DNA of 64,000 nt from an uncultured delta proteobacterium (GCA_963845515.1 CAWJSR010000029.1:336214-400213); one strand, 5' to 3'. Numbered from the stretch's first letter, positions 1-12,646 are shown. The notes: generated by a model from the letters alone, not told the origin. Program-made: numbers and translations.

Positions 1-449
1 AGGCTCTGGCCCACGAGCGGGTTCGACCGGGCCAGCCGCGCGCGCCGCTCGTCAGCGCGCTTCTCGTCCTCGACGCGGCGGAGCTGCGCCTTCGCCTTCT
101 CCTCCGGAGGCGCGGACTCTGCCTGGTAGGCGGCTCGGCGGACCTCGTCGCACAGGACGTCCTTCGCGATGGTGAGCTTCCTGAAGATCCGCTCGAGCCG
201 CCCGCGGTAGGTGCCGAGCCTCTTCCCGGCGTAACGGTCCGGGTGGAAGATCTTCACCCTGGCGACGTAGGCAGCCCTCGCCTCCTCCGCGGTCGCGCCC
301 CACTTCAGGCCGAGCACGGCGTAGTGGCTGCCGTTCGCCGCCAGCGACTCTGCGAAGAGGATCTCCTTGCGCAGGCGGACGTCGAGGTCGACGTCCTCGC
401 CGAGGTCCGCCGGATTGAACACGAATCCCTTGAATAGATCGTCCGACAA
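1..449 (-). CDS. DnaJ/J-domain protein, runs off the window edge
   Basis: Not in ORF track. Manual translation from TTG at 449 (GGGGAAGG upstream) gives ...SHYAVLGLKWGATAEEARAAYVARVKIFHPDRY..., a J-domain with the HPD motif. Confidence 0.75.
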   Translation of the reverse strand, partial: MSDDLFKGFVFNPADLGEDVDLDVRLRKEILFAESLAANGSHYAVLGLKWGATAEEARAAYVARVKIFHPDRYAGKRLGTYRGRLERIFRKLTIAKDVLCDEVRRAAYQAESAPPEEKAKAQLRRVEDEKRADERRARLARSNPLVGQS

Positions 450-526
450 GCAGCCTTCCCCCGGTCCCCGTCGAGATTAGTAGGGGGCATGGGAGGGGGT
501 CAACGGCTTCGGGTCCAGCCGCCGCC

Positions 527-1457
527 TTATCGGCCCGCCAGGAGCAGCTCCAGCAGCGCCTTCTGGCCGTGCAGCCTGTTCTCCGCCTCGTCCCAGGCGG
601 CCGACTGGGGCCCCTCCAGCACCGACTCGGAGATCTCCTCGCCCCTGTGCGCCGGGAGGCAGTGGAGGACGATCGCCTCGGGCCGCGCCAGCTTCAGCAG
701 GGCGTCGTCGACGATGAAGCCCGTGAACTTCTGCTTACGGACCTCCGCCTCGCCCTCCTGCCCCATCGACGCCCACACGTCGGTGTTCAGGACATGGGCT
801 CCCCTGGCCGCCTCCCCTGGATCGCGCACGATCCGGGCCCGGCCGCGGCACGCCGCGAGGAGCGCCGCGTCCGGATCGTACCCCTCGGGGCAGGCGAGCC
901 TGAGCCCGAAGCCGAGGATGGCGCAGGCCTCGAGCCACGAGTTGGCCATGTTGTTGCCGTCGCCGATCCAGGCGATCTCCAGCCCCCGCTTCACGAGCGC
1001 GTCGACGCCGAACCGCTCGCGAACGGTCAGACAGATCCGCGAGCAGCTGGCAGGGGTGGCTCGAGTCGGTGAGCGCGTTGATCACCGGGACGTCGGCGTA
1101 GCGCGCGATCTCCTCGATCTTGGAGTGCTCGAAGGTCCGGACCACCAGGCAGTCGACGTAGCGCGCCAGCACCCGCGCGGTGTCCTTGATCGGCTCGCCG
1201 CGCCCGAGCTGCATGTCGCGCGGCGACAGCATGAGCGACCCCGCCCCGAGGTGCTGCGCGGCCACCTCGAAGGAGACGCGGGTGCGCGTGGAGGCCTTCT
1301 CGAAGATGAGCGCCACCACCTTCCGCTCCAGCGGGCGTGGCCCGCCGCTGCCCAGGAGCTTCCACTCCGCTGCGCGCTCCAGCAGCTCCAGCAGCTCGTC
1401 GCGGTCGAGATCGGTGAGGCGGAGGAAGTCGCGCTGCGGCGGCACGGTTCGGGCCAT
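527..1457 (-). CDS. argF: ornithine carbamoyltransferase, one +1 frameshift near 1032
   Basis: FEKASTRTR and HPCQLLAD in ORF 735..1457; GDGNNM, TDVWASMG, HCLP and AENRLH in ORF 527..994. One extra base in GATCTG(T)CTGACC joins the two frames. Confidence 0.93.
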
Positions 1458-1473
1458 GACGTTCGCTCGTGGT

Positions 1474-2679
1474 TCAGTGGTGGGCAGGCGCCGCCGCCAG
1501 GGCTGCGCCCAGCCGCTCGACGGCCAGGTCGGCGTCGGCGGAGGTGAGGTTCAGAGGCGGGGCGAGCCTGAGCACGCCGTCGCCGATGGCGTTCACGAGG
1601 AGCCCGCGGTCGCGCGCCCCCGTCATCACCTCGGCGGCGTTCACGCCCTCCAGGAGGACGGCGAGCAGCATTCCCCGGCCGCGGACCCCGGTCACCCGCC
1701 CGCCGGCCCTCAGCCGGTCGAGCCCGGCGACGAGCCCGGCCGAGGTCTCCAGTGAGCGCGCGATGACGCCCCCCGTCATTTCGCTGAGCACGGCCAACCC
1801 CACGGCGCAGGCCAGGGGGTTGCCGCCGAACGTGCAGCCGTGGCTGCCGGGCGTGAGATGCGTGCCGACCTCCTCGGTGGCCAGCATCGCCCCGATCGGG
1901 AAGCCGCTGCCGAGCCCCTTGGCGACCGACATGAGGTCCGGTGCGATGCCGTCCCACTCGTGGGCCCACATCTTGCCGGTCCGACCCACGCCCGTCTGGA
2001 CCTCGTCGACGCAGAGCAGGACGCCCTTCTTCCGCGTCAACTCCCGGACCGCACGCAGATAGCCCTCGGGCGGCGTCACGACTCCCGACTCGCCGAGGAT
2101 CGGCTCCACGATGAACGCCGCGGTCCGCTCGGTGAGCGCGGCCTCGAGCGCGGCGACGTCGCCGAAGGGGATGTGGCGGATGCCAGGCACCAGCGGCTCG
2201 AAGCCGTGCTGGTATTTCGGCTGGCCGCCGACCGACACGGCGAAGAGCGTCCGTCCATGGAAGGAGTCGACGCAGGCGACGATCTCGTGCCGCTCGGGCC
2301 TCCCCTGGTCCGAGAAGTACTTGCGGGCCGTCTTGAGCATCACCTCGTTCGCCTCGGCACCGCTGTTGCAGAAGAAGGCGCGCGAGGCCCAGGGCGTGAC
2401 GGCGAGGAGCGCCTCGGCCAACTCCACCTGCCGTTCGATGAAGTAGTGGTTCGAGGTGTGCCAGATCGCGTGGGCCTGCAGCTCGAGCGCACGCACCATC
2501 GCGGGGTGGCAGTGGCCGAGCGCGCTCACCGCCGCGCCCCCGAAGAAGTCGAGGTACTCCTTGCCGTCCGCGTCCCATACGCGCACGCCCTCGCCGCGCA
2601 CGAACGTGACGGGCTGCTGCTTGTAGTTGGGCGTCAGGACCTTCTGGGCCCGCTGGGCGATCGCTTCGTTGCCGCTCAT
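1474..2679 (-). CDS. argD: acetylornithine aminotransferase (class III PLP)
   Basis: NSGAEANE, SFHGRT, DEVQTGVGRTG, AKGLG and HGCTFGGNP motifs; adjacent to argF. Confidence 0.93.
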   Translation of the reverse strand: MSGNEAIAQRAQKVLTPNYKQQPVTFVRGEGVRVWDADGKEYLDFFGGAAVSALGHCHPAMVRALELQAHAIWHTSNHYFIERQVELAEALLAVTPWASRAFFCNSGAEANEVMLKTARKYFSDQGRPERHEIVACVDSFHGRTLFAVSVGGQPKYQHGFEPLVPGIRHIPFGDVAALEAALTERTAAFIVEPILGESGVVTPPEGYLRAVRELTRKKGVLLCVDEVQTGVGRTGKMWAHEWDGIAPDLMSVAKGLGSGFPIGAMLATEEVGTHLTPGSHGCTFGGNPLACAVGLAVLSEMTGGVIARSLETSAGLVAGLDRLRAGGRVTGVRGRGMLLAVLLEGVNAAEVMTGARDRGLLVNAIGDGVLRLAPPLNLTSADADLAVERLGAALAAAPAHH

Positions 2680-2764
2680 CGGTCGCTCATAGCAGCGGCG
2701 AAGCCGCGGTGTAAAGATCCTTGCCCTGCGCCAGGTGGCGCGAAGGCCGCCGCGCCGCGGCCGG

Positions 2765-3703
2765 TCACGGCCTCGTCCCCCCGCGCTTCGCCCGCGGGTG
2801 CGCGTCGTCGTAGACCGCCGCGAGCCGCTTCCAGTCCACGTGCGTGTAGCGCTGCGTCGTGGAGAGCGAGGCGTGCCCGAGCAGCTCCTGGATCCCGCGC
2901 AGGTCGGCGCCGTTCGACAACAGATGCGTGGCGAAGCTGTGGCGCAGCACGTGCGGGTGGACGTGGCGCGGCAGCCCGGCCTCGAGCACCCAGCGATCGA
3001 TCCTGCGCGCGATCGAGCGGGTCGTGATCCGCCCGCCGCGGTGGTTCAGGAAGAGCGCGCGCTCCGCCCCTGCGTGCGCTGGCCCCGCGGCGAGCACCGG
3101 GCGCCCCTCCTCCAGCCACGCGCCCAGGGCGGCGGCGGCCGGGCGGCCGAAGGGGACGATCCGCTCCTTGCGGCGCTTGCCGAGGACGCGCGCCAGGCGC
3201 TGGTCGAGATCGACGTCCGCCACGTCCAGCCCCACCAGCTCGGCGACGCGCAGCCCGCTCCCGTAGAGCAGCTCCAGGAAGGCGTGGTCACGGAGCGCGA
3301 GCGGAGCCCCGAACGCGGCGGGGGCCTCCATGAGCGCCGCGGCGTCCTCCTCCGGGAGGACGACCGGCAGCCGCTTCGGCTGCTTCGGACTGACCACGGC
3401 GCGGGCGGGGTTCTGCTCGGCGAGCCCCTCGCGGACGAGGAAGCGGTAGAGCGAGCGGAGCGAGGAGAGCTTCCGCGCGATGCTGGTGGCGCCGGCGTCG
3501 GCCGACGCCCGCGCGAGGAAGGCCCGGATGGCGACCGGCGAGCCGGGCAGCAGGGCGTGGCCCGTCTCGGACAGCCACGCAGCGTACTGTCCGAGATCAC
3601 CGAGGTAGCCCTTGACCGTGTGCGGAGAAGCGCGCTGCTCGACCTCCAGGTAGCGCGCGAAGCGCTGGATCTCCTGCGGAAGGCTCGTGAGCTCCAGGGG
3701 CAC
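2765..3703 (-). CDS. xerC: tyrosine recombinase XerC
   Basis: YGSGLRVAEL, GKRRKER, HPHVLRHSFATHLL and LLGHASLSTTQRY motifs; trmFO neighbourhood. Confidence 0.9.
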   Translation of the reverse strand: MPLELTSLPQEIQRFARYLEVEQRASPHTVKGYLGDLGQYAAWLSETGHALLPGSPVAIRAFLARASADAGATSIARKLSSLRSLYRFLVREGLAEQNPARAVVSPKQPKRLPVVLPEEDAAALMEAPAAFGAPLALRDHAFLELLYGSGLRVAELVGLDVADVDLDQRLARVLGKRRKERIVPFGRPAAAALGAWLEEGRPVLAAGPAHAGAERALFLNHRGGRITTRSIARRIDRWVLEAGLPRHVHPHVLRHSFATHLLSNGADLRGIQELLGHASLSTTQRYTHVDWKRLAAVYDDAHPRAKRGGTRP

Positions 3704-3768
3704 GTGTCGACGTTAACCCCGGTCGCCGCGCGCGGCGAGTTCCAGGTTCCCGGTCGCGGCCACCGGAC

Positions 3769-5343
3769 TCACGGCTCTGCGACGTAGACGCCGGCCCGCT
3801 TCGGCGCGATGACCGCGTAGCCGACGCGCCTGGAGTCCGGTCCGAGGAAGCGCGCGCTCCCGGGCAGCACCCGCTGGTCGACGCGGAGCAGCTTCCCGCC
3901 CTGCCAGACTGCGATGTCGAGCGCCTGGCTGTCCGTTCGCTGCCAGCCCACCAGGAGACGCGAGGGGTCCCGCGGGTCGAACTCGAAGCTCTTCATCCCC
4001 TGCGCGATCAGCTCCGGCTTCGCGTCCTTCTGGAGCCCCGCCGCCGGCACACGCTCGAGCTCGCACCCCTCCCCGTTCCGCGTGCAGCGGGTCCTGTAGT
4101 AGAGCCACTTCGAGTCTGGGGAGAAGGCGAAGCCGAAGACCCCCTGCGCGACGGTCGCCGGCGCCGTTCCCGCCGGCGCTCCGAGCGCGGCGAGGCCGAG
4201 GTCGACCGAGTAGCCGCCACGGGTGGTGTGCTGCAGGAACGCCACGAAGTTGCCGTCGGGGGAGAGGTCGAAGTCGGTGATGTTCTTCCCGAAGGTCAGG
4301 CGCGCCGTCCCCGGTCCGCCCACCCCGAGCACTCCGGAGCGGACGCGCGGATCGTACGCCTCCAGCCACGCGACGCGCGGCGCCTTCGCCGCCCAGCGAA
4401 AGTCGCCGACCTCCTTCGCGCCTCGCGCGGCGAGCTTCCCGGGCTCCGCGAGGTAGAGGCTCCCCTGCTTCCCGGGCGAGACGTCGCCGAGGTACGCGAG
4501 CGTGTGGCCGTCCGGGGCGAAGGCGAAGCTGACGACGCCGGAGCCGAGCCGCACGTCCAGGAGCCCCTTCTCGAGGGCGAAGAAGTGCAGCTCGGCCCCC
4601 CCCTTGCCCTCGGCCGTGTACGCGAGCCTGCCCCCGGAGCCCGAGAACCCGTAGTCGGCGACGCGCTCCGTCACGGCGGTCTCTGCCGGCGTCAGCGCGC
4701 AGTCGACGACGAGCAGCTGCCCGCCCGCCTCCCTGGAGCGGCGCGCCGCGAGGCGAAGGGCGGAGCCGTCCCGCCCGGCCCCCGGACAGGCCGCCGGCCC
4801 GAAGTCGAAGCTGGCCACCCCGACGGCGCCCTCCACCTCGCGGGGCGCCTCCTCGCCCGGCAGGAGGACCGAGAGCTTCCCCGCCGACACGAAGCCCAGC
4901 TCCCCCGCGGGGCCGAAGCCGTGGAAGGTGACGTCGCGCGCCAGCTCGCGTGCGGCTCCATCGCGCCAGAGCACCAGCGTGCCGGTCCCCGCCGCGTAGT
5001 CGTAGTCGGCGAGCGCGGCGAGGGTCGCCCCGGAGCGAGACCACGAGAGCCCCTGTGGCAGCGTCGTCACCGCCCCCGCGATGCGGGACGCGCTTCCTCC
5101 CGCCGCGGGCGCGACCCTCAGGTCGCAGTTGGCGGTGCCGGGCGGCAGGAACTGGCCGCGGGCGACGCGGCAGCCGTCGAGCCACGCCAGCCGCGCGCCG
5201 TCCGCCGACGGCAGCATCGCCCGCACCTCCCCGGCCGCGACCTGCCGGCCGATCCCCTCCGCCTTTGCGGGTGGCTCCGTGCCGCTGGTGCAGGCGGCGA
5301 GGAGGGCGAGGACGATCGCAGTGCGGAGAGATCGCCCCCTCAC
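3769..5343 (-). CDS. aglU: beta-propeller (TolB/WD-like) lipoprotein, AglU-like
   Basis: Lipobox LLAAC; repeated FxFSPD/FAPDG blades; immediately downstream of short gid/trmFO as recalled for Myxococcus aglU. Start is GTG 5343 or ATG 5403. Confidence 0.7.
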   Translation of the reverse strand: MRGRSLRTAIVLALLAACTSGTEPPAKAEGIGRQVAAGEVRAMLPSADGARLAWLDGCRVARGQFLPPGTANCDLRVAPAAGGSASRIAGAVTTLPQGLSWSRSGATLAALADYDYAAGTGTLVLWRDGAARELARDVTFHGFGPAGELGFVSAGKLSVLLPGEEAPREVEGAVGVASFDFGPAACPGAGRDGSALRLAARRSREAGGQLLVVDCALTPAETAVTERVADYGFSGSGGRLAYTAEGKGGAELHFFALEKGLLDVRLGSGVVSFAFAPDGHTLAYLGDVSPGKQGSLYLAEPGKLAARGAKEVGDFRWAAKAPRVAWLEAYDPRVRSGVLGVGGPGTARLTFGKNITDFDLSPDGNFVAFLQHTTRGGYSVDLGLAALGAPAGTAPATVAQGVFGFAFSPDSKWLYYRTRCTRNGEGCELERVPAAGLQKDAKPELIAQGMKSFEFDPRDPSRLLVGWQRTDSQALDIAVWQGGKLLRVDQRVLPGSARFLGPDSRRVGYAVIAPKRAGVYVAEP

Positions 5344-5372
5344 CCTGCCCTCTCCCCCGGTGGGGGAGAGGG
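5335..5372. repeat. REP-like palindrome, copy 1
   Basis: CCCCCTCACCCTG followed by the perfect 11-bp stem CCCTCTCCCCC-ggt-GGGGGAGAGGG; related copy at 32564. Confidence 0.8.
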
Positions 5373-5384
5373 GAAGCTGTGGGT

Positions 5385-6701
5385 TCACGCAGGATCGATC
5401 CACGGCAGGATCTCCTTTCGGGCGCGCTCGGCGTGGGCCTCCTTGCGCGCCGCCTTGCCCCGATGACGCCCGTCGAGCGGCGGGAAGAGTGCGTAGACTA
5501 CGTTGGTGGGCTGGTAGTCGTAGCCGGGCGGATGGGCCTCACCGGTCAGGTGGCGGTGGAGCGCGCCGATGGCCGTCGCGGCGGGCGGGGGCCGGAACGC
5601 CCGCCCCGCCAGCCGGTCGAGGATGGCGCGGGCCGCCAGCAGGCCGCACGCCGCCGACTCGACGTACCCCTCCACGCCCGTGAGCTGGCCTGCCAGGAAG
5701 AGGTGCGGCCGCTCCCGCAGCGAGAGATCGGGGGCGAGGACGCGGGGGGCGTCGACGAAGGTGTTCCGGTGAACCTGTCCCAGCCGCTGGAACTCGGCCC
5801 GCGCCAGCCCCGGGATCAGCTCGCTGAAGACGCGGCGCTGCTCCGGCCAGGTGAGCCTCGTCTGGAACCCGACGAGGTTCCAGGCGGTCCCCGCCGCGTC
5901 CTCGCGCCGCAGCTGGACCACGGCGAAGGGGCGCCTCCCTGTCCGCGGGTCCTCGAGCCCCATCGGCTTCATGGGGCCGTACGCCAGCGTCTCCGGGCCT
6001 CGCTCCGCCATCACCTCTATCGGGAGGCAGCCGTCGAAGTAGCGCGGCTCCTCGAACTCGTGCGGCTTCACCTTCTCGCCCGAGAGCAGCGCCGCCACGA
6101 AGGCCCGGTACTGCGCCTCGTCGAAGGGAAGGTTGAGGTAGTCGTCACCCTCGCCCTTCCCGTAGCGCGACCGCGCGTAGGCGATCGACATGTCGATCGA
6201 GTCGCCGGAGACGATGGGGGCGATCGCGTCGTAGAAGTGCAGCCCCGCGCCGGCCACCTGCCCGAGCGCCTCGGCGAGCGGCGCTGACGTCAGCGGCCCC
6301 GTCGCCAGCAGCGCGAGCCCGGGCCCCTCCGGCAGCGCCGTCAGCTCCCGCCGGGTGACCCGCACGAGGGAGGAGCCCTCCAGCCTGGCGGTGACCTCGC
6401 GCGAGAAGCGCGCCCGGTCCACCGCGAGCGCGTCGCCCGCTGCGACCCGCGTCGCGTCGGCGGCGCCGAGGACGAGGCTGCCGAGCCGGCGCAGCTCCTC
6501 GTGCAGCAGCCCGACGGCGTTCGCCGGGTTGTCGGAGCGGAGCGAGTTGGAGCAGACCAGCTCGGCGAGGTCGCCGCTCTCGTGGGCCGGGGAGCGCACG
6601 TCCGGCCTCATCTCCAGCAGGTCGACGCCCACTCCCGCGCGCGCGAGCTGCCATGCAGCTTCGCTGCCGGCCAGCCCGCCCCCGATGACCGTCACCCTCA
6701 T
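5385..6701 (-). CDS. trmFO: folate/FAD-dependent tRNA U54 methyltransferase TrmFO (short Gid)
   Basis: [44 protein letters not shown] and [13 protein letters not shown]; start ATG 6701. Confidence 0.95.
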   Translation of the reverse strand: MRVTVIGGGLAGSEAAWQLARAGVGVDLLEMRPDVRSPAHESGDLAELVCSNSLRSDNPANAVGLLHEELRRLGSLVLGAADATRVAAGDALAVDRARFSREVTARLEGSSLVRVTRRELTALPEGPGLALLATGPLTSAPLAEALGQVAGAGLHFYDAIAPIVSGDSIDMSIAYARSRYGKGEGDDYLNLPFDEAQYRAFVAALLSGEKVKPHEFEEPRYFDGCLPIEVMAERGPETLAYGPMKPMGLEDPRTGRRPFAVVQLRREDAAGTAWNLVGFQTRLTWPEQRRVFSELIPGLARAEFQRLGQVHRNTFVDAPRVLAPDLSLRERPHLFLAGQLTGVEGYVESAACGLLAARAILDRLAGRAFRPPPAATAIGALHRHLTGEAHPPGYDYQPTNVVYALFPPLDGRHRGKAARKEAHAERARKEILPWIDPA

Positions 6702-6807
6702 CCCAGAACCCATTCGTGTCCCGTCTTGCCACTCCCCGCAGCTCAGCCGTGGGGTTAGGCTTACTCTACAGGCATGTAGTCCCGTCCGCCGACCGAAGGA
6801 GCCGACC

Positions 6808-7176
6808 GTGCGTGCTGAAGACCTCGCGGCGATGAGGAGCGAGCTGAACCGGCGGCGCGGTCTCGTGCTCGAGACCGCTCGCCGCACCGACGCCGAGATG
6901 GAGGGGCTCCGTCAATCCAGCTCCAGCGCAGAGGTCGAGGAGGCGGCGCGCGTCAGGAGCGACGAGGACGCGCTCCTGAAGCTCGGCGAAGCGGAGCGGC
7001 TCGAGCTCGCGCGGATCCAGGCGGCCCTGGCGCGGATCGACGAGGGGAGCTACGGCGGCTGCGCGGACTGTGGAGAGGAGATCGAGGCGCGACGGCTCCA
7101 GGCCCTCCCTCACGCCCTCCGCTGCCAGGGCTGCGAGGAGAGCCGCGAGCGCACTACTCGCTCTTCATCACCATGA
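6808..7176 (+). CDS. TraR/DksA family C4 zinc-finger protein
   Basis: AAGGAG then GTG at 6808; coiled coil, [20 protein letters not shown] and RLQALP..LRCQGC. Confidence 0.85.
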   Translation: MRAEDLAAMRSELNRRRGLVLETARRTDAEMEGLRQSSSSAEVEEAARVRSDEDALLKLGEAERLELARIQAALARIDEGSYGGCADCGEEIEARRLQALPHALRCQGCEESRERTTRSSSP

Positions 7177-7747
7177 ACTTGTACTCGCCGAGCTCCGCCT
7201 GGCCGGCGGTGTACAGGACCTCCATGAGCGTCCGGTAGGGGATCCGCCTGTCCGCCACGACGTTGACGCGCCCGGTGAAGGGCGCGGCCTTGTTGAACTG
7301 GGCGATGTACTTCTGCTTGTCGACTTCCTTCTTGAGCGCGTCGTAGACCGCCGCGATGTAGAAGCTGTCGGCCTTGCCGCCATCCTTCACTGCCGCCGGG
7401 ACGATCCCGTCCCGGATCTCGACGACGCGGCGCTCGCCGACCAGGATCTCCTTCATCGAGATCGTGAGGCCGACGTTGTCCTGCGGGACGAGCTGAGTGT
7501 TCGACACCGGGACGGTCAGGTCGGCCGTCATGGTCACGTTGACCGTGGACGCCTGGTAGGACTTGAGGAGGAACACCAGGATGATGGTCATCATGTCCAT
7601 CATCGCGGTGATGTTCAGCTCGGAGACCTCGCCCTCGGCGGCGCGGGCCTTGCGCTTCGCCCGTCGGTAGGCCCGGCTCGCCTTCTCCCTGGCGAGCTCC
7701 TCGGGGGTGGGGGCGGCGTCCTGGTCAGGACCGGAGGTCATGGGCAC
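7154..7747 (-). CDS. ExbD/TolR family protein (AglS-like)
   Basis: ELNITAMMDMMTIILVFLLKS TM with conserved Asp; VVADRRIPY. Confidence 0.85.
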   Translation of the reverse strand: MPMTSGPDQDAAPTPEELAREKASRAYRRAKRKARAAEGEVSELNITAMMDMMTIILVFLLKSYQASTVNVTMTADLTVPVSNTQLVPQDNVGLTISMKEILVGERRVVEIRDGIVPAAVKDGGKADSFYIAAVYDALKKEVDKQKYIAQFNKAAPFTGRVNVVADRRIPYRTLMEVLYTAGQAELGEYKFMVMKSE

Positions 7748-8281
7748 TCACCCCACCAACGAGAGGGAGACGTCGAAGAAGAGCGGCTTGCGCTCACTGG
7801 TACCGTCCGGGAGCTTCGAGACGTACTCCCGGCACGCGTCCATCGTCTGGATCAGCGTCTCGTAGATCACGTCGGCGTCGGCCGAGAGGATGACCTGGGT
7901 CTCGGCCGGGAACTGGGCCTTGATCACCTTCATCTGCTCGGTGAGGGCGGCGAAGTCGTACCTGCCGTCCCTGAGCGGGATGGTGGGCGGCCGCGTGGTG
8001 TCCGCGGTGGACTGGTCTGCGCCGAGCACGCCGCCGGCGCCGGCGACGTAGAACCCCTGCTTGCCCACCGCGACCGTCAGCAGCAGCCGCGGCTTCTCCT
8101 CGGCGAGCCCACCGCCCGCGCTCTCCCCCGAGATCTTCGGGGCGGACACGTTCAGCACGCCGAGGCTGATGAGCCCCGCCATGCTGAGGAGGATGAACAT
8201 GACGAGGTTCACCACGATGTCGAGGTACGGGACGATGTTCAGCTCGCCCGTGTGCTCGTGAACGTGGACTCGGCGCTTCAT
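7748..8281 (-). CDS. ExbD/TolR family protein (AglQ-like)
   Basis: ELNIVPYLDIVVNLVMFILLS TM with conserved Asp; LSADADVIYETLIQTMDA. Confidence 0.85.
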   Translation of the reverse strand: MKRRVHVHEHTGELNIVPYLDIVVNLVMFILLSMAGLISLGVLNVSAPKISGESAGGGLAEEKPRLLLTVAVGKQGFYVAGAGGVLGADQSTADTTRPPTIPLRDGRYDFAALTEQMKVIKAQFPAETQVILSADADVIYETLIQTMDACREYVSKLPDGTSERKPLFFDVSLSLVG

Positions 8282-8329
8282 GGAGCGTCTCCAGCCGCGC
8301 CGCGCGTACGGGGCGGCGGCACGAGGTGA

Positions 8330-8977
8330 CTACTCAGCGGCCGTCTCGCCCGAGGCGCGCCGCGCGAGCAGGTTCTCGAGCTTCAGCGCGTTGTACTCGA
8401 CCTCTTCGACCATCGTCTTGGACTTCGAGCTGAGCGCGAGGTGGAAGATGATGCAGATCACCGCGATGGTGAGACCGAGCGCGGTGTTGTTCATGGCTTC
8501 GGAGATGCCGTTCGAGAGCATCACCTGCTTCATCTCGGGGCTGGCTGCGCCGAGTGAGGCGAAGGTCTGGATCAGCCCCCAGATGGTGCCGACGAGGCCG
8601 ACGAGGGTCGCGATGTTGGCGAGCGACCAGAGCGAGGCGATCCGCTTCGAGATGGCCGGGGTCACCTCGAGCACCGCCTCCTCGAGGGCGCGGGCCACTT
8701 CCTGCTCGCCCTTCTCCGCGCGGGTCAGGCCGGCGCGGACGACGCGGGAGAGGGCCGCGTTGGGCGCGGCGCCGCAGAGCTTCACGGCCTTGTCGACGTT
8801 GCCGGAGATGACGAGCTTCTGGATCTGGTCCATGAACGGGCCGGCGTTCAGGTTGAGCTTGAACGCGAGGACCATGAACCGCTCGATGACGATCGCCATC
8901 GCGACGGCTGAGACGACCAGGTTCACGAACATGACCGGGCCGCCCTGCTGGAAGAACTCGGCCATCTTGTGGATCAT
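8330..8977 (-). CDS. MotA/TolQ/ExbB proton channel (AglR-like)
   Basis: ATLVGLVGTIWGL and GISEAMNNTALGL; three TM segments; heads an operon with two ExbD genes. Confidence 0.9.
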   Translation of the reverse strand: MIHKMAEFFQQGGPVMFVNLVVSAVAMAIVIERFMVLAFKLNLNAGPFMDQIQKLVISGNVDKAVKLCGAAPNAALSRVVRAGLTRAEKGEQEVARALEEAVLEVTPAISKRIASLWSLANIATLVGLVGTIWGLIQTFASLGAASPEMKQVMLSNGISEAMNNTALGLTIAVICIIFHLALSSKSKTMVEEVEYNALKLENLLARRASGETAAE

Positions 8978-9052
8978 CTGGAGCCTCTCGACGCTGGCAG
9001 TGGGTGAGCCGCGTACCTTGTGCGCGTTAGTTCAGCGAATAGACAGCAGAAT

Positions 9053-9082
9053 TCCCTACCAACAGGTCCAAGTGGGTGTCAA
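9053..9082 (-). promoter_or_regulatory. putative sigma70 promoter of the exbB-exbD-exbD operon
   Basis: Perfect TTGACA, 18 nt, then TG-g-TAGGGA (weak -10). Confidence 0.35.
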
Positions 9083-9099
9083 GCACGCGTTCCCGCGCC

Positions 9100-11601
<2,502 letters not shown>

Positions 11602-11610
11602 GAATCCCTT

Positions 11611-12480
11611 CTAGGAACGCCGCAGAAAGTACCGGCCCGGCCGCTGCTCGCACAAGCCCTCGAGCTCCAGCGACAGCAGCGCGGCCATCGCGGGGCCCGG
11701 GCCGAGCCCCGCTGCCCTCGCCAGCTCGTCCGCGTGACGCGGCTCGCTCCGCATCGCCGCGAAGAGTCGCCCCGCGTCGCCCGCCGGCAGCTCGGCCACG
11801 GGCAGCTCGAGCTGCGCGGCCCCCGCCCCCGCGCCGATACCGAGCGCCTGTAGCACGTCTTCCGCCCCTTCGGCGACCCGCGCACCCTCGCGCAGGAGGC
11901 CGTTGGGGCCGGCGGAGAGCCGCTCGCGGACGTCACCGGGGACCGCGAAGACCGCGACCCCGAGCCGGCGCGCGAGCGCCGCCGTGATGAGCGCACCGCT
12001 CCGGAGGCCGGCCCTCACCACCACGACCGCCTCGGAGAGCGCGGCGACGATCCTGTTGCGACGCGGGAAGGTCCAGGCGGCGGGCGGCGCTCCGTCGGGG
12101 AGCTCGGAGAGCAGCGCGCCGCCCGCCGCGACGATCTCCTCGAAGAGCCCGGCGTGCTCGCGGGGATAGGGCACGTCGATGCCGGCCCCGAAGACCGCGA
12201 TGGTGTGCCCCCCGGCCTCCAGCGCCGCGCGGTGGGCGACCCCGTCGATCCCAGCGGCGCCGCCCGACACGACGGTGACGCCGCTCCGGGCGAGCCCCAG
12301 CGAGATCTCGCGAGCGAGCTCGGCGCCGTAGGCGTCGGCCAGCCGGGTCCCGACGACGGCGACGCGGCGCCGGTCTCCGAGGTCGCCGCGCACGCGGAGT
12401 TGCTGTGGCCTGTCCGCCAGGCGCGCGAGCGCTGCAGGATACTGGCCGTCTAGCGGACCGAGCGTACGCGCCGCGTCCAT
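11611..12480 (-). CDS. dprA: DNA-processing protein DprA
   Basis: VAVVGTR, VSGGAAGID, FPRRNRIVAALS, SGALITA and VFAVPG; start likely ATG 12480, just after the promoter. Confidence 0.93.
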   Translation of the reverse strand: MDAARTLGPLDGQYPAALARLADRPQQLRVRGDLGDRRRVAVVGTRLADAYGAELAREISLGLARSGVTVVSGGAAGIDGVAHRAALEAGGHTIAVFGAGIDVPYPREHAGLFEEIVAAGGALLSELPDGAPPAAWTFPRRNRIVAALSEAVVVVRAGLRSGALITAALARRLGVAVFAVPGDVRERLSAGPNGLLREGARVAEGAEDVLQALGIGAGAGAAQLELPVAELPAGDAGRLFAAMRSEPRHADELARAAGLGPGPAMAALLSLELEGLCEQRPGRYFLRRS

Positions 12481-12490
12481 TGAGCGGGGC

Positions 12491-12519
12491 GATATACCCG
12501 CGGGATCAGGGGGCGTCAA
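12491..12519 (-). promoter_or_regulatory. sigma70-type promoter of dprA-topA
   Basis: TTGACG-17 nt-TATATC, 10 nt before ATG 12480. Confidence 0.6.
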
Positions 12520-12646
12520 GCGAGCCATCCCAATGGCCCATGCACGCTGCGTGCAAGGCCGGCCGCGCCGGAGCGCCGAAAAGCGAAGCCGCGGCAGGGG
12601 GATCCCGCCGCGGCCGCGCCTGCCAGGAGCCCGTCCCGGGAGCCCG

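Noticed and set aside
2765..3703. Tyrosine recombinase as a prophage or island integrase
   Set aside because: Sequence and trmFO/topA context fit housekeeping XerC; no att sites or cargo genes.
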